Shown: positions 25,105 to 35,135, numbered from the stretch's first letter. The stretch is DNA of 44,720 nucleotides from Alphaproteobacteria bacterium (GCA_027292975.1 JAPUGG010000077.1:1-44720), one strand, 5' to 3'. The notes: a model not told the origin generated them from the sequence alone. Numbers and translations: made by a program.

Positions 25105-26334
25105 ATGTTGCTTGCACGTTTTTTGGCAAAGCTGATCCGGTCCGGGTCCTTGACCTTGATCGACGCCCACGGCCACACCTTTGAGACCGGTGATGGGTCC
25201 GACCCCAAGGTCACCATCCGGGTCCACGACCCATTGACGGAATGGAAAATAGGCGTCAATCCCGCGTTCTACGCGGGGGAAGCCTATATGGATGGGACAC
25301 TGACCATCGAGGAGGGCACGCTTTACGATTTTCTCGATCTCGCGACCCGCAGCCTGTGGGAACCGGGAAACGGCGCCATGGTCGCCGCCATGGCGGCGCT
25401 GCGAAACATGGTTCAATTCGTGCGGCAGATGAACTTGGTTGCCCGGGCCAGAACCAACGCCGCCCACCATTACGACCTGTCCGACAACCTTTACAACATG
25501 TTCCTTGACGCCGACCTCCAGTATTCCTGCGCCTATTTCGATCATCCCGACGTATCCCTGGAAGAGGCCCAGGAAAGCAAGAAACGCCATATCGCTGCCA
25601 AGCTGCTGATAAACCGTCCGGGGCTGCGGGTGCTCGACATCGGTTGCGGGTGGGGCGGGCTCGCGCTTTACCTCGCCGCCGAAACCGGCGCCCAGGTGAC
25701 TGGAATCACACTTTCCGAAGAACAGGTGAAAGCCGCCCGGGAGCGGGCCGAACGGGCCGGCCTTGGCCATAGGGTTAGCTTCCATCTGCGCGACTACCGA
25801 TTGGAGAAATCGACCTACGACCGCATCGTTTCGATCGGCATGTTCGAACACGTGGGCAAACCGCACTACCCGGCCTTTTTCCGAAAATTGCGCGAACTCC
25901 TGGCCGAGGATGGGGTCGCGCTGCTGCATTCCATCGGCCGCGCCGACCGTCCCGGGTCGACCAACCCCTGGATCCGGAAATACGTCTTCCCGGGAAGCTA
26001 CTGCCCCGCGCTCTCCGAAATCCTGCCGGTGATCGAACGGCAGACGCTTTTCGTCACCGACGTGGAAATTCTCAGGCTGCACTACGCCTTCACCTTGAGG
26101 GAATGGCGCCAGCGCTTTGCCGACAACCGGGACAAGGTCAAGGAAATCTACGACGAGCGCTTCTGCCGGATGTGGGAGTTCTACCTCGCCGGCGCCGAGG
26201 TGGCCTTCCGCAACGAGTACCAGATGGTTTTCCAGATGCAGATCGCGCGGGACCAGGAGGCGGTGCCCCTCACCCGCGACTACATCACCGAATGGGAACG
26301 GGCCCACGGCGCGAGATCGGCCGCGGCGGAGTAA
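25105..26334 (+). CDS. cfa: Cyclopropane-fatty-acyl-phospholipid synthase family SAM-dependent methyltransferase
   Basis: 409 aa with HYDLSDNLYNMFLD...YSCAYF, the SAM motif VLDIGCGWGG and the FEHVG block. Confidence 0.9.
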   Translation: MLLARFLAKLIRSGSLTLIDAHGHTFETGDGSDPKVTIRVHDPLTEWKIGVNPAFYAGEAYMDGTLTIEEGTLYDFLDLATRSLWEPGNGAMVAAMAALRNMVQFVRQMNLVARARTNAAHHYDLSDNLYNMFLDADLQYSCAYFDHPDVSLEEAQESKKRHIAAKLLINRPGLRVLDIGCGWGGLALYLAAETGAQVTGITLSEEQVKAARERAERAGLGHRVSFHLRDYRLEKSTYDRIVSIGMFEHVGKPHYPAFFRKLRELLAEDGVALLHSIGRADRPGSTNPWIRKYVFPGSYCPALSEILPVIERQTLFVTDVEILRLHYAFTLREWRQRFADNRDKVKEIYDERFCRMWEFYLAGAEVAFRNEYQMVFQMQIARDQEAVPLTRDYITEWERAHGARSAAAE

Positions 26335-26486
26335 CAAAACACGCCCGAGGCCCGGAAATCAATTGACGGATTATCCCCGTTGTTACCAGACTGTGAGTAG
26401 ATTTTCTGTTAGGGATCGTGCCAACAGCCCTATGAAAGCGATTAGGTGTTGGAGATTTTGCGCGGCCCTCTGTAACCTTCGCGGCC

Positions 26487-28004
26487 ATGGTTGACGTAAC
26501 ACCCGAATCGAAGATCACCCCGCTCCGGGACGGCGACGGCCCCGGCGAGGTGCTCGACCTGCCCCATAATTTCGAGGCCGAGCAGGCGTTACTCGGCGCC
26601 ATCTTGATCAACAATAACGCCTATGGCCGGGTGTCCGAATTCCTCCTGCCCGAACATTATTACGATCCGGTCCATGGCCGTATCTTTGCCGCCTGCGCCA
26701 CCCTGATCGAACGCCACCAGGTCGCCAATCCGGTGACCCTCAAACCGCTTTTCGAGGCCGACGAGGCGTTAAACGACGCGGGCGGGGCCAAGTATCTCGC
26801 GCGCCTGGCGGCCTCGGCGGTGACGGTGATCAATGCCGCGGATTACGGGCGCACCGTCTTCGACCTTCATCTTAGGCGCCGGCTGATCGAACTTTCCCTT
26901 GAAATGCGCGACCTGGCCATGAATCCGGACCTGGAGACCGACGGGACCAAGCAGATCGAGACCGCCGAACAGCATCTCTTCGATCTCGCGACCACCGGCG
27001 AATACGAAGGTGGGTTCCGTTCCTTCACCGACGTCCTAACCAGCGCCATCGAGATCGCCGAGGCGGCTTACAAGCGGGAGGGCAAGCTGGTCGGCACGGC
27101 GACCGGCTTCAGGGATCTCGACAGGCTGCTGGGCGGCCTGCAGCGCTCCGATTTGGTGGTCCTCGCGGGGCGGCCGTCCATGGGCAAGACCGCGCTGGCG
27201 ACCAACATCGCCTACCACGCGGCCCGCGCCTGCCGCTGGGAAACCGACGATCAAGGCCAGCGGCAAGTGGTGGACGGCGCCGTGGTCGGCTTCTTTTCCC
27301 TGGAAATGTCCGCCGAACAGCTGGCGACGCGGATATTGGCGGAGGTTTCGGGGGTCAGTTCCCATCGTATCCGCCAGGGTGACCTATCCAACGCCGATTT
27401 CCAGAAGGTGGTCGAGGCCAATCAGGAACTCTCCCAGATTCCCTATTTCATCGACGATACGCCGGCCCTTTCGGTGGCCCAGTTGCGCACCCGTGCGCGG
27501 CGTCTCAAGCGCCAGCATTCGCTCGGCCTTGTCGTCGTCGACTACCTCCAGTTGCTGCGCCCGACCACCAGCCGCGCCAGCGACAACCGGGTCCAGGAAA
27601 TCGCCGAGATCACCCGCGGCCTGAAGGCGCTGGCCAAGGAACTGGACGTGCCGGTGCTGGCGCTGTCCCAGCTCAGCCGTGCCGTCGAGCAGCGGGAAGA
27701 CAAGCGGCCCCAGCTCGCCGACCTGCGCGAATCGGGGACCATCGAACAGGACGCCGACGTCGTCGCATTCATTTATCGGCATGAGTATTACCTCGAACGC
27801 CTCAAGCCCCAGCAGGCGGGGACCGAGGAATTCGAAAAATGGCAGGAGCAGATGGATGAGGTCCATAACCTGGCCGAGGTCATCATCGGCAAGCAACGCC
27901 ATGGCCCGACCGGATCGATCAAACTGGTCTTCGAGGGCGAATTCACGCGCTTTACGGATTTCGTTCCCGACGACCACGTTCCAAACCAGGATGCCCCCTT
28001 CTGA
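26487..28004 (+). CDS. dnaB: Replicative DNA helicase
   Basis: 505 aa with PHNFEAEQALLGAIL, Walker A GRPSMGKTALATN, and VVDYLQLL and IIGKQRHGPTG blocks. The length rules out an intein insertion. Confidence 0.97.
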   Translation: MVDVTPESKITPLRDGDGPGEVLDLPHNFEAEQALLGAILINNNAYGRVSEFLLPEHYYDPVHGRIFAACATLIERHQVANPVTLKPLFEADEALNDAGGAKYLARLAASAVTVINAADYGRTVFDLHLRRRLIELSLEMRDLAMNPDLETDGTKQIETAEQHLFDLATTGEYEGGFRSFTDVLTSAIEIAEAAYKREGKLVGTATGFRDLDRLLGGLQRSDLVVLAGRPSMGKTALATNIAYHAARACRWETDDQGQRQVVDGAVVGFFSLEMSAEQLATRILAEVSGVSSHRIRQGDLSNADFQKVVEANQELSQIPYFIDDTPALSVAQLRTRARRLKRQHSLGLVVVDYLQLLRPTTSRASDNRVQEIAEITRGLKALAKELDVPVLALSQLSRAVEQREDKRPQLADLRESGTIEQDADVVAFIYRHEYYLERLKPQQAGTEEFEKWQEQMDEVHNLAEVIIGKQRHGPTGSIKLVFEGEFTRFTDFVPDDHVPNQDAPF

Positions 28005-29133
28005 CCACCGCCGCCGCGGCGTCAGCGGCGCCGGCGCCCTTCTGACCGTCGATCTCGACGCCATCGCCGCCAATTATCGGCAATTGTCCGGGTACCTTGG
28101 CCCGTCCACGGAATGCGGCGCCGTGGTCAAGGCTGATGCTTATGGGTTGGGCCTTGAGCCCGTGGCCGGGGCATTGTGGACCGCCGGATGCCGCAGTTTC
28201 TTCGTCGCCCTCACCCAAGAGGGGCTGCGCTTGCGCGAGCTCCTGCCCGATGCGGCGATCCATGTCCTCAACGGGGTCGACGCCGATACTGCCCAGGAGA
28301 TGGCAGCGGCGGGACTTGTCCCGGTCTTGAACCACCCCGGCCAACTCGAAGCCTGGGCCGGGGAGGCACAGGCGCGGGCGGCCACGCTGCCCGCCATGCT
28401 GCAGGTGGACACCGGCATGAACCGCCTGGGACTGAGCGCCGCGGAGGTCGACGCACTGGCCGGCGCGCCCGAGCGAGTCGTGGGCCTCGCCCTGGATGCG
28501 GTGATCAGCCACCTCGCCTGCGCCGAAGATCCGGACAACCCGCTCAACGGCGAACAGCTGGCCCGGTTCGAGGCAGCGCTGAAAATTCTGGCGCCGCTTC
28601 GGCCTCGGCGGGCGAGCCTCGCCAACTCTTCTGGGATTTTCCTGGGCGCCCCATTTCACTTCGACCTGGCCCGTCCCGGGGCCGCCCTTTACGGCATCAA
28701 TCCGGGCACGTCGGACACCAGCCCCATGAGCCAAACCATTAAACTACAAGGGAAAATTCTACAGACCCGGACAATTGACACCCCATCGACCGTTGGTTAT
28801 GGTGCCACCCACCGGGCGGAGAGGGGGCAGCGAATCGCGACCCTCGGGGTCGGTTATGCCGACGGTTTCCTCCGTTCGCTTTCCAATTCGGCCAGCGCCT
28901 TCATCGGCGGCGTCCGGGTTCCCGTAGTAGGGCGCGTGTCCATGGATTTGATCACCATCGATGTTACTGCCGTCCCGGCGGAGGCCACCCTCCCCGGGGC
29001 CCTGGTCGATCTCATCGGGCCCGAGCACACCGTGGACGACCTCGCCCGGGAGGCGGGAACCATCGGCTACGAGGTTCTGACCGCGCTGGGCCGGCGCTTC
29101 GAGCGGCGCTACCTTGGCGGTAACGCCTCATGA
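27991..29133 (+). CDS. alr: Alanine racemase
   Basis: The real start is ATG 27991 (MPPSDHRRRG...), overlapping the dnaB end by 14 nt. The upstream part of the ORF-track entry 27679.. is an out-of-frame read-through of dnaB. It has the PLP-lysine block AVVKADAYGLG, and 380 aa is the typical length. Confidence 0.92.
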   Translation: MPPSDHRRRGVSGAGALLTVDLDAIAANYRQLSGYLGPSTECGAVVKADAYGLGLEPVAGALWTAGCRSFFVALTQEGLRLRELLPDAAIHVLNGVDADTAQEMAAAGLVPVLNHPGQLEAWAGEAQARAATLPAMLQVDTGMNRLGLSAAEVDALAGAPERVVGLALDAVISHLACAEDPDNPLNGEQLARFEAALKILAPLRPRRASLANSSGIFLGAPFHFDLARPGAALYGINPGTSDTSPMSQTIKLQGKILQTRTIDTPSTVGYGATHRAERGQRIATLGVGYADGFLRSLSNSASAFIGGVRVPVVGRVSMDLITIDVTAVPAEATLPGALVDLIGPEHTVDDLAREAGTIGYEVLTALGRRFERRYLGGNAS

Positions 29134-29936
29134 CCATCGCCGCGCCCGAGGACAAAGTCATAATCCGCGTCCTCTCGGGAGTCGGACGCATATTCCTGAA
29201 TTTCCTGGCCACCGTCGGAAGGCTTTCGGTGTTCACCGGACGCGCCCTGCGTCACTGCGTGACACCACCCTTTTATTTCCGGCTGACGATCCGCCAGATG
29301 ATCGATATCGGCTATTATTCTCTGCCCGTGGTGGGGCTGACCGCCATTTTCACCGGCATGGTGCTGGCGCTGCAAAGTTATTCCGGGTTTTCGCGGTTTT
29401 CCGCCGAAGGCGCGGTGGCGACGGTCGTGGTGCTGTCCATAACCCGGGAACTGGGTCCGGTGCTGGCGGGGCTCATGGTGGCGGGGCGCATCGGCGGTTC
29501 CATGGCAGCCGAAATCGGCACCATGAAGGTGACCGAACAGATCGACGCGCTGACGACCCTTTCGATCAACCCCTACAAATACCTGGTCGCGCCACGGCTG
29601 ATCGCGGGACTGGCCATGATGCCGATTTTGGTTCTGGTGGCCGATATCATCGGCGTCTTCGGCGGCTTCCTGATCGCCGTCAATAAGCTCGACTTCAATC
29701 CCGCGAACTACCTGTCCCGGACCTTCGAGTTCCTGGAGGTGAAGGATGTCGTATCGGGTCTCGTCAAGGCCGCCGTTTTCGGCTTCGTGATCACTCTGAT
29801 GGGGTGTTACCACGGCTACAACTCGCGCGGCGGGGCCCAGGGGGTGGGCACGGCGACCATCAACGCAGTGGTTTCCTCGCTTATCCTAATCCTGATCTTC
29901 AACTACATCATCACCGAGCTGTTCTTCGCGATATGA
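29130..29936 (+). CDS. mlaE: MlaE family ABC transporter permease
   Basis: 268 aa with the SITRELGPVLAGLMVAGRIGGSMAAEIGTMKVTEQIDAL block typical of MlaE/YrbE. The start overlaps the alr stop (ATGA). Confidence 0.9.
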   Translation: MTIAAPEDKVIIRVLSGVGRIFLNFLATVGRLSVFTGRALRHCVTPPFYFRLTIRQMIDIGYYSLPVVGLTAIFTGMVLALQSYSGFSRFSAEGAVATVVVLSITRELGPVLAGLMVAGRIGGSMAAEIGTMKVTEQIDALTTLSINPYKYLVAPRLIAGLAMMPILVLVADIIGVFGGFLIAVNKLDFNPANYLSRTFEFLEVKDVVSGLVKAAVFGFVITLMGCYHGYNSRGGAQGVGTATINAVVSSLILILIFNYIITELFFAI

Positions 29937-30709
29937 ACACCACGCCTCCGAAAATTCGCCTCCGCGGCGTCTGCAAGGCCTTCGGCCCAAAGGTGGTGCT
30001 GGACGGTGTGGACCTCGATGTCGGGGTCGGCGAATCCGTGGTCGTCATCGGCGGATCCGGCACCGGGAAATCGGTGATGATCAAGTGCATTCTCGGCATT
30101 CTCGAGCCGGATTCCGGGCTGATCGAAATCGACGGCGTCGATGTTGGTAAAATCAACGGCGCCGACCGCGACGCGCTGATGGGCAAGTTCGGCATGTTGT
30201 TCCAGGGCTCGGCCCTATTCGACAGCCTGCCGGTTTGGGAAAACGTCGCCTTCGGGCTGATCCAGGCACGCGGCATGGAGCGGCAAGCGGCCCGCGCCGT
30301 CGCCCTTCAAAAGCTGGCGGCGGTGGGACTGGGACCGGAAGTTGGAGCGCTCATGCCCGCCGAGCTCTCGGGCGGCATGACGAAGCGGGTGGGATTGGCC
30401 CGGGCCATCGCCGCGGAGCCGGAGATCATTTTCTTCGACGAACCGACCACCGGGCTCGACCCCATCATGGGCGACGTCATCAACGACCTGGTCGTTAAAT
30501 GCGTCCGCGAACTGGGGGCGACGACCCTGTCCATCACTCATGATCTCGTCAGCGCGCGCAAGATTGCTCATCGCATCGCCATGCTGCACGACGGCAAGAT
30601 CATCTGGCAGGGCCCGGTGGCGGACATCGACGAATCCGGGAACCCCTATGTCGATCAGTTCATTCACGGCCGCGCCGAGGGTCCCATTCAAATGCAGGTT
30701 TCCGGATGA
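29933..30709 (+). CDS. mlaF: MlaF-like ABC transporter ATP-binding protein
   Basis: The start is MNTTPPKIRLRGVCKAFG at ATG 29933, an ATGA overlap with mlaE. It has Walker A GGSGTGKS, the signature LSGGM and Walker B IIFFDEP. Confidence 0.9.
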   Translation: MNTTPPKIRLRGVCKAFGPKVVLDGVDLDVGVGESVVVIGGSGTGKSVMIKCILGILEPDSGLIEIDGVDVGKINGADRDALMGKFGMLFQGSALFDSLPVWENVAFGLIQARGMERQAARAVALQKLAAVGLGPEVGALMPAELSGGMTKRVGLARAIAAEPEIIFFDEPTTGLDPIMGDVINDLVVKCVRELGATTLSITHDLVSARKIAHRIAMLHDGKIIWQGPVADIDESGNPYVDQFIHGRAEGPIQMQVSG

Positions 30710-30757
30710 CCCGCAAGATATCCCCCACACAATGTCGCGCCGGGGTGGGAGATTGAT

Positions 30758-32251
30758 ATGGCGCGGGCCCAAACGCGCTACGTCTGCCAGCAATGCGGGA
30801 TCGAGCACCGCAAATGGGCCGGACGGTGCGAGGGATGCGGTGCTTGGAACGCCATCGTCGAGGAAGTCACCACGCGCCGCGCCGGGAGCGGGGCGGGGGC
30901 GGTGTCTCCCGGCAGGGCCCTCGCGCTCGAAGGCCTCAAGGGCCGAAGAGCCGCGCCCCAACGCAGATTGACGGGAATCGGCGAGTTCGATCGGGTGTTA
31001 GGCGGCGGCTTGGTGCCGGGGTCCGCGGTGTTGGTGGCGGGCGATCCCGGCATCGGTAAATCGACTCTCATGCTGCAGGCAAGCGCGGCGCTCGGAACCG
31101 ATCATGGAAACAGTGTGCCGGGCGCGGTCTACGTATCGGGCGAGGAAGCGACAGATCAGCTGCGGATGCGGGCCGAGCGCACGGGGCTCGGCGAGGCTTC
31201 GGTGGCGCTTCTTGCGGCGACCTCGATCAACGACGTGATCGCTACCCTCGAAGGGCTTAAGCCCGCGAAAAGACCGGCTTTGGTGATCATCGATTCGATC
31301 CAGACCATGTATGCCGATGAACTGGATTCCGCGCCGGGCACCGTCGCCCAGGTCCGCGCCGCCGCCCAGGCGCTGATCGGATTCGCCAAGCGCACGGGCC
31401 TGACCGTGATCATGGTCGGCCACGTCACCAAGGAGGGCCAGATCGCCGGTCCCCGGGTGCTCGAGCACATGGTCGATACGGTGCTGTATTTCGAAGGCGA
31501 ACGCGGTCAGCAGTTCCGCATCCTGCGGGCCGTCAAGAACCGCTTTGGCCCCACCGACGAAATCGGCGTGTTCGAAATGACCGATGGCGGCCTCGGCGAA
31601 GTCAAGAACCCGTCGGCCATGTTCCTAGGGCTCGGCGCCAACGCGCCCGGTGCAGGGGCCGCACCGGTGCCGGGCGCCGCCGTGTTCGCCGGCATCGAAG
31701 GCACGCGGCCGGTGCTGGTGGAGATCCAGGCCCTGGTCGCGCCGTCCACATTGGCCGCTCCCCGGCGCGCGGTGGTGGGCTGGGACACGGCTCGGCTGGC
31801 CATGGTCATTGCCGTCCTGGACGCACGCTGCGGGCTCAATCTCTCCGCTCAGGATGTCTATCTCAGTGTCGCCGGGGGCTTGCGGATTTCCGAACCGGCC
31901 GCCGATCTCGCGGTCGCCGCCGCCCTGGTGTCCTCGCTTTCCAACACGCCGGCCCCCGGGGCGACGCTGTTCTTCGGAGAGGTGGGCCTGTCGGGCGAGG
32001 TCCGTCCCGTCAACGGACGCGACGGGCGACTGCGGGAAGCCCGGAAACTGGGGTTTCACAGCGCCGTCGTTCCCCCCGGCAGGGATGGCGGGCCGGGCCG
32101 GAAATCCCGGGATTTTAAGATCGTCGAGGTCAAGGCGCTGGCCGATCTGATGGCCCTTTTCGGGGTCGAACGGAACCGGCCCAGGCCCCCTGCCGGAGGG
32201 AACATTCGTTCCTTGGAGCGCGAGGGCAATGGCAGGACCGGCACGATTTAG
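30758..32251 (+). CDS. radA: DNA repair protein RadA
   Basis: 497 aa with the zinc finger CQQCG..CEGCGAWN, Walker A GDPGIGKSTL, KNRFG and a Lon-like C-terminal domain. Confidence 0.96.
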   Translation: MARAQTRYVCQQCGIEHRKWAGRCEGCGAWNAIVEEVTTRRAGSGAGAVSPGRALALEGLKGRRAAPQRRLTGIGEFDRVLGGGLVPGSAVLVAGDPGIGKSTLMLQASAALGTDHGNSVPGAVYVSGEEATDQLRMRAERTGLGEASVALLAATSINDVIATLEGLKPAKRPALVIIDSIQTMYADELDSAPGTVAQVRAAAQALIGFAKRTGLTVIMVGHVTKEGQIAGPRVLEHMVDTVLYFEGERGQQFRILRAVKNRFGPTDEIGVFEMTDGGLGEVKNPSAMFLGLGANAPGAGAAPVPGAAVFAGIEGTRPVLVEIQALVAPSTLAAPRRAVVGWDTARLAMVIAVLDARCGLNLSAQDVYLSVAGGLRISEPAADLAVAAALVSSLSNTPAPGATLFFGEVGLSGEVRPVNGRDGRLREARKLGFHSAVVPPGRDGGPGRKSRDFKIVEVKALADLMALFGVERNRPRPPAGGNIRSLEREGNGRTGTI

Positions 32252-32267
32252 CTAAATAAGGAGACCC

Positions 32268-32900
32268 ATGGCACCGGAATACATCACCGATATCGTCGTC
32301 ATCGGTGTCATCCTCATCTCGGGCCTGCTGGCGCTGTTTCAGGGGCTCGTGAAGGAACTCCTGTCGATCGGTGCCTGGGTGGGGGCGATCTACGCAACCA
32401 TCTACGGTTTCGCGCCTGCCCGGCCCATGGTCAAGGATATCGTCCCCTGGCCCGAGGCCGTGGACCTCGCCACCGGGATGGTGTTGTTTATCGGCAGCCT
32501 GGTCTTATTGTCCATCGGCGCCCATCTCATCTCAAAGATCTTGCACGGCGCCGGCGCGGGTGTGCTGGACCGCACGCTGGGTTTCGTATTCGGCCTTATT
32601 CGCGGCGCGTTGATCGTCGTCGTGCTGTTCATCGGCATCAGCTGGTATTTGGGCGACGAGGGTCAGGGGCAATGGTTCGCCAATTCCCGGACGCTTCCCC
32701 TCACCGCCGCGGCCGCGGCCTATCTGGTATCGGTAGCGCCGGAAGACATACGCAAGGTCCTTCCCAAAATCGTCAAACCCCGGCGGCGCAGCGATGCGGG
32801 CGGCCCGCCGGACTCCTTGAAAGCCACCCGGACCGGATATCCTTCCGCCGACCGCCGGGGCATGGAGCGCTTGATCGAAGGCGCCAGGCAAGGTAAGTGA
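32268..32900 (+). CDS. cvpA: CvpA family membrane protein
   Basis: 210 aa with four TM segments. It sits directly upstream of purF, the conserved cvpA-purF pair. Confidence 0.85.
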   Translation: MAPEYITDIVVIGVILISGLLALFQGLVKELLSIGAWVGAIYATIYGFAPARPMVKDIVPWPEAVDLATGMVLFIGSLVLLSIGAHLISKILHGAGAGVLDRTLGFVFGLIRGALIVVVLFIGISWYLGDEGQGQWFANSRTLPLTAAAAAYLVSVAPEDIRKVLPKIVKPRRRSDAGGPPDSLKATRTGYPSADRRGMERLIEGARQGK

Positions 32901-32904
32901 ACGC

Positions 32905-34401
32905 ATGATCGGGAACATCGGATTGGCTCGAATCGGACCAATGATCACCAACCCCTTCGAAGGCGACAACTTTCACGACCAATGCGGCGTGTTCGGCGTG
33001 TTCGGACATGATGACGCGGCTGCCCTGACGGCGCTCGGCCTGCATGCGCTTCAGCATCGCGGCCAGGAAGCGGCGGGCATGGTGAGCTATGACGGCCATC
33101 ATTTCCATTCCCGGCGGGGGCTGGGCCACGTGGCGGATAATTTCTCCAGCGAGGAGGCCATCGCGCAGCTCGCCGGCGCCGTGGTCATCGGCCATAACCG
33201 CTATTCCACGGCAGGGGCAACGGTCGACCGCAATACCCAGCCGCTGTTTGCCGATTTCGAATTCGGCGGCTTTGCCATCGGCCATAACGGCAATCTCACC
33301 AACGCGGTCACCCTGCGCCGCGAACTGGTCAAACGGGGCAGCCTGTTCCAATCCACCACCGATACCGAGGTGATCATCCATCTGATCGCTACCTCGAGCT
33401 ATAAACCTGTCATCGACCGCTTCATCGACGCGCTCAAGCAGGTGGAGGGGGCATACTCGCTGGTGGCGATGACCCAGGACAGCTTGATCGGCGTACGCGA
33501 TCCCCTTGGAGTGCGGCCCCTGGTGCTGGGGGAGCTCGATTCCGCCTATATCCTGGCGTCGGAAACCTGCGCCCTTGACATCATCGGCGCCGGTTTCATC
33601 CGCGACATAGAGGCGGGTGAGATGGTGGTCATCAGCACCGAGGGGGTTCTGAGCCTTCACCCCTTCCCGCCGCGCCAGGCAAGGCATTGTATCTTCGAGT
33701 ACATTTACTTCGCCCGGCCCGACAGCGTCGCCGACGGGCGCAGCGTCTACGAAACCCGCAAGCGAATCGGGGCGGAACTGGCCCGGGAAAGCCCTGTGGA
33801 TGCCGATATGGTGATTCCGGTGCCCGATTCCGGGGTGCCGGGCGCCATCGGATACGCCCAACAGGCCGGCGTGCCGTTCGAGCTCGGCATCATCCGCAAT
33901 CACTATGTGGGACGGACGTTTATCGAACCATCGGACCAGATCCGCCATCTCGGGGTCAAACTCAAGCACAACGCCAACCGCGCCCATGTCGAGGGCAAAC
34001 GCGTGATCTTGGTGGATGACAGCATCGTCCGGGGCATTACCTCGGTTAAGATCGTCGAGATGATGCGGCACGCCGGTGCCAGGGAAGTGCATATGCGCAT
34101 CGCCAGCCCGCCGACCACAAATCCCTGCTATTACGGCGTCGATACGCCGGAGCGGTCCGAACTCATGGCCGCCAAGATGGATGTCGAGGCCATGCGTGAG
34201 GAGATCGGGGTCGACACCCTCGCCTTCATCTCCATGGACGGCCTTTACCGCGCCATGGGGGAACAAAGCCGTAATGCCGAAAATCCACAGCATTGCGATG
34301 CCTGTTTCTCCGGCGATTATCCGATCCCCCTGACCGACCAGGAAGACGGCACCCATGCGGCTCAGCTTTCTTTCCTGACGGAGGTTGCCGGCAAACGATG
34401 A
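32905..34401 (+). CDS. purF: Amidophosphoribosyltransferase
   Basis: It has a propeptide followed by the nucleophile CGVFGV, the PRPP motif VILVDDSIVRGIT, and Fe-S cysteines in the C-terminal region. The start is ATG 32905 or 32941. Confidence 0.96.
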   Translation: MIGNIGLARIGPMITNPFEGDNFHDQCGVFGVFGHDDAAALTALGLHALQHRGQEAAGMVSYDGHHFHSRRGLGHVADNFSSEEAIAQLAGAVVIGHNRYSTAGATVDRNTQPLFADFEFGGFAIGHNGNLTNAVTLRRELVKRGSLFQSTTDTEVIIHLIATSSYKPVIDRFIDALKQVEGAYSLVAMTQDSLIGVRDPLGVRPLVLGELDSAYILASETCALDIIGAGFIRDIEAGEMVVISTEGVLSLHPFPPRQARHCIFEYIYFARPDSVADGRSVYETRKRIGAELARESPVDADMVIPVPDSGVPGAIGYAQQAGVPFELGIIRNHYVGRTFIEPSDQIRHLGVKLKHNANRAHVEGKRVILVDDSIVRGITSVKIVEMMRHAGAREVHMRIASPPTTNPCYYGVDTPERSELMAAKMDVEAMREEIGVDTLAFISMDGLYRAMGEQSRNAENPQHCDACFSGDYPIPLTDQEDGTHAAQLSFLTEVAGKR

Positions 34402-35135
34402 ACCAGGCTTCGGGCCGGCTCGAGGGGCGCATCGCGCTTGTTACCGGAGCATCGCGGGGGATCGGCGCGGCCGTCGCCAAGGCCTTCGCCGGCGAAGGCG
34501 CGCAGGTCATCGTCACGGGCCGGACCCAGGGCGGACTCGAAGAGGTGGACGACGCCATACGGGCAATGGGCCAGGAAGCGGTTCTGTTCCCCGCCGACCT
34601 CACCGATTTCGAGACGATCGACCGGATGGCCCTTGCCATCCACCAACGCTTCGGGCGGCTCGATATCCTGGTGGGAAACGCCGGGATCCTGGGAAGCCTC
34701 ACGCCCATGCACCATATCGAGCCTTCCCAGTGGGACGCGGTCATGGCCATCAATCTGACCACTAATTGGCGCTTGGTTCGCGCCTTCGATCCCCTGTTGC
34801 GGTTGTCGCCCGCCGGCCGCGCCCTGTTCGTCACCTCCGGCGCCGCGGACGGCCATCACCCCTATTGGGGGGCCTATGCGGTCGCCAAAGGAGCGCTGGA
34901 AATCATGGCGCGGACCTGGGCGGCGGAGCTGGAAAACACCACCGTGCGGGTCAATCTCATCAATCCGGGCGGGACCCGCACCACCATGCGCGCCGAAGCC
35001 TTCCCGGGGGAGGATCCCGAAACCCTGCCGACGCCCGAAGAGGTCGCGCTTGCCTTCATACCGCTGGTCGAGGCCGCCTGCGCGCGAAACGGCGAGAGGG
35101 TCAATGCGCGGGAGGTTCTGGCGAACGGCACCTAG
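34398..35135 (+). CDS. SDR family oxidoreductase
   Basis: The start is MNQASGRLEGRIALVTGASRGIGAAVA at ATG 34398, an ATGA overlap with purF. It has NAGI and catalytic YAVAKGA. The ORF-track start 34293 is an extension. Confidence 0.9.
   Translation: MNQASGRLEGRIALVTGASRGIGAAVAKAFAGEGAQVIVTGRTQGGLEEVDDAIRAMGQEAVLFPADLTDFETIDRMALAIHQRFGRLDILVGNAGILGSLTPMHHIEPSQWDAVMAINLTTNWRLVRAFDPLLRLSPAGRALFVTSGAADGHHPYWGAYAVAKGALEIMARTWAAELENTTVRVNLINPGGTRTTMRAEAFPGEDPETLPTPEEVALAFIPLVEAACARNGERVNAREVLANGT

Noticed and set aside
25051-26337. Very long ORFs antisense to and nearly coextensive with known genes. Examples: 25051-26337 opposite cfa, 41047-42555 opposite guaB, 2828-4042 opposite purM, 32773-34356 opposite purF, 39867-41093 opposite guaA, 19190-20470 opposite fabF/acpP, and 16086-17090 opposite yicC.
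   Set aside because: Their translations are low-complexity and rich in R/G/P/A, with no recognisable motifs. In every case the opposite strand carries an unmistakable conserved enzyme. Open antisense frames are an expected by-product of GC3-rich codon usage in high-GC genomes.
26371-26379. A DnaA-box-like TTATCCCCG lies upstream of dnaB, in an AT-richer spacer with repeated AGATTTT.
   Set aside because: It is a single 7/9 match to TTATCCACA with no clustered boxes or origin-like architecture. That is insufficient to call a DnaA site.
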